Below, in pieces: positions 62,151 through 64,000 of a stretch of 64,000 bases of DNA. The stretch lies in assembly GCA_036785375.1 (NCBI GenBank), contig JAWMAR010000535.1, positions 310,001-374,000 of the forward strand, given 5' to 3'. The notes under the pieces are model-generated. The model was not told the origin of the DNA and did not search any database. It was given only the letters and a program-made list of their open reading frames with translations. A program made the translations under genes and the position numbers. The DNA comes from Leucoraja ocellata (Eukaryota). Numbering within the stretch: the stretch's first letter is position 1; each line of letters opens with the position of its first letter.

Positions 62151-62927
62151 CGGAGCTAGGCCGCGGGCGATCGTCGACCCGAGGGTGGCTGCGGGCAGAC
62201 GTGGACTCAAGGGAGACCTCGGGCGGGCGAGACCACTCTCGATGCAGTGGAGGGCCGACCGATTGTGGCTTCCGTGAGGGGAAACCTATCCACCCGCATG
62301 ACAGACGATTGGGCGGGGGAGACGGAGAGGAGATTGTCCCCCGTGACGGCCAGAGTTCACCAGATGGGATCTGGATTACCAGCGAGGAAAAGGCGTCACG
62401 ATTCCCCGAGTCCCTTTGATCGATGGAGGAATCGTGGGCCTCTCCCACAGGAAGTAATGGCCGCCACGATCACCTTCCCATTGCGCTGCCCCGCACCCAC
62501 GCAGCAATAATGATCGCCGCCAAGTTCTAGAACTTCAAGGAGCCCAGCGGAGCGCGCAGCATGACCTGAGCAGCAGTTTAAAAATGCTAAGTGACAAATT
62601 TAAAGAAATGAATGTTAAGAACCCAAGAGGCACAGAAGACATAACAGGGGTGATGTCACTTGCAGCGCGAGCAGAGGCAGGCAGTCAGATCCATTGTGAT
62701 GTCATCAGCGCTTATTTGAGATTTGTGAACATTTTCATAAATAACTCGAGAAATAATGCATGAAATTTTCAGAAAAGGTGATTTTTGACATCATGGCACA
62801 AATCTCTGTCGGAATATGTAAAAACTTCACCGTTAGCACGTTACGTTTTCGAGGAGATGTGAAACGCACACGAACATCACACAAATAAATACACATCCAA
62901 GATCAGAGTTTTGATAAGTATAGAGAT
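62151..62927 (+). mobile_element. Unclassified repeat, possibly the 3' part of a Helentron-like non-autonomous element
   Basis: GC-rich block, GTGATGTCA repeats, and a terminal AAGATCAGAGTTTTGATAAGTATAGAGAT resembling DINE/Helentron-type ends. Confidence 0.35.
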
Positions 62928-63299
62928 GAGCTGAGGACAGAATGTCTTGCATCGAGAGTGGTGGGTGCCAGAGGTGGTGGTGGAGGCAGATACAATAGTG
63001 GTGTTTAAGAAGTTTTTACACAGGCACATGAATACACAGGTAATTGAGAGATATGAATCATGTGCAAGTAGATGAGATTAGTTTATCTTAGCATCATGTT
63101 CAGTACAGACACTGTGTGCTGAAGGGCCTGATCCTGTGCTGTACAGTTCCATGTTTATGATCTATGATCCATGTACTCTCTCAGTAAATTTGTTTCTGCA
63201 CACTTCTCCTATGTATCATCTTGCTTAAAGTTAATTGTTGCACTTCCAGATCCTATGTCATATGTTAATGAGAGCCGATTAAATCCAGTTATGACTTAC

Positions 63300-63514
63300 T
63301 TTAGACTGCGCGTCACGCAGGTAGCACGTGAAGATTTTGTGATTCCCAAATGCCACCGTGCCACCACATCTCACCACGTGCCATGCACGCGTGATGCACG
63401 CCATACACTCGCCACGACGCAAGCGTCACGCAAAAATGATGTTGCGTCGTGCGTCATGACGCATAAATGCTGTTGTGTAAATGATGAGCAAATAACGCTC
63501 GTGGGACAGGCCCT
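63300..63514. mobile_element. Harbinger-like MITE right half
   Basis: GTGGGACAGGCCCT followed by TAA; no left TIR seen. Confidence 0.55.
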
Positions 63515-63519
63515 TAAAT

Positions 63520-63670
63520 CGACAAACCTGTATGTCTTTGGAGTGTGGGAGGAAATCGGATCATAGTGAGAACGTGCAAACTCCATACCGACAGCACCCG
63601 TCATCATGAATGAACCCGTGTCTCTGGCGCTGTAAGGCAACAACACTACTGCAGTGGCACAGTGCCGCCC
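63520..63670 (-). mobile_element. HE1-like V-SINE 5' part
   Basis: Reverse-strand GGGGCGGCAC head and V-core. Confidence 0.8.
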
Positions 63671-64000
63671 CAATGATCCGGAACACTTTTATCACCATCC
63701 CTTCCAGATCCTTTATGCTCCAAAGATATTAACTACATGATCTGCTCCATTTCAGAGGATGAGGTGCATGAAATTAATTCTAGTTTCATTTTGATAGAAG
63801 CATCGTGCTATGACCAACACTTTAGCATGACAGGGATCTGCAATAACAAAGGATGGGTGTTTTAGATGTGGGATGAGAGAACAGGAACTTGACCATTAAA
63901 GCTCAGCAGACACATTTTCCAATGGCATCAGGTTCCATTAGTTGGGGCTTTCAGCATCAAACAACTGTAGGCTCTCAAAGCTAGCTGATCAAAAATTATA

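Overview
Repeat-dense vertebrate genomic DNA, not prokaryotic, with a 160-N gap at 20062-20221. The repeat families suggest a cartilaginous fish, probably a skate or ray (inference from HE1-like V-SINEs and CR1 tails). Host-gene content is small. A + strand single-IgV type I membrane gene resembles TIGIT: IgV exon 5995-6324 with CIFHTYPNG, stalk exon 7159-7215, TM exon 7773-7841, and a cytoplasmic exon near 16123-16200 whose YEN and TVYHNL motifs are one base out of frame. A probable signal-peptide exon of a second gene lies at 57272-57311. The rest is mostly mobile DNA: two oppositely oriented DIRS1-like elements at the window ends; Neptune-type Penelope fragments and many short derivatives carrying a minimal hammerhead-ribozyme motif, several as head-to-head palindromes; an ERV 5' LTR with tRNA-Pro PBS; an L1-like 3' fragment flanked by a 76-bp duplication; CR1, Rex/Babar and L2-tailed retroposons; Harbinger-like MITEs; and a hAT-like element carrying two copies of TDP2 exon-1-like sequence. 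All family assignments come from motif recognition by eye, no searches were run, and repeat boundaries are approximate.
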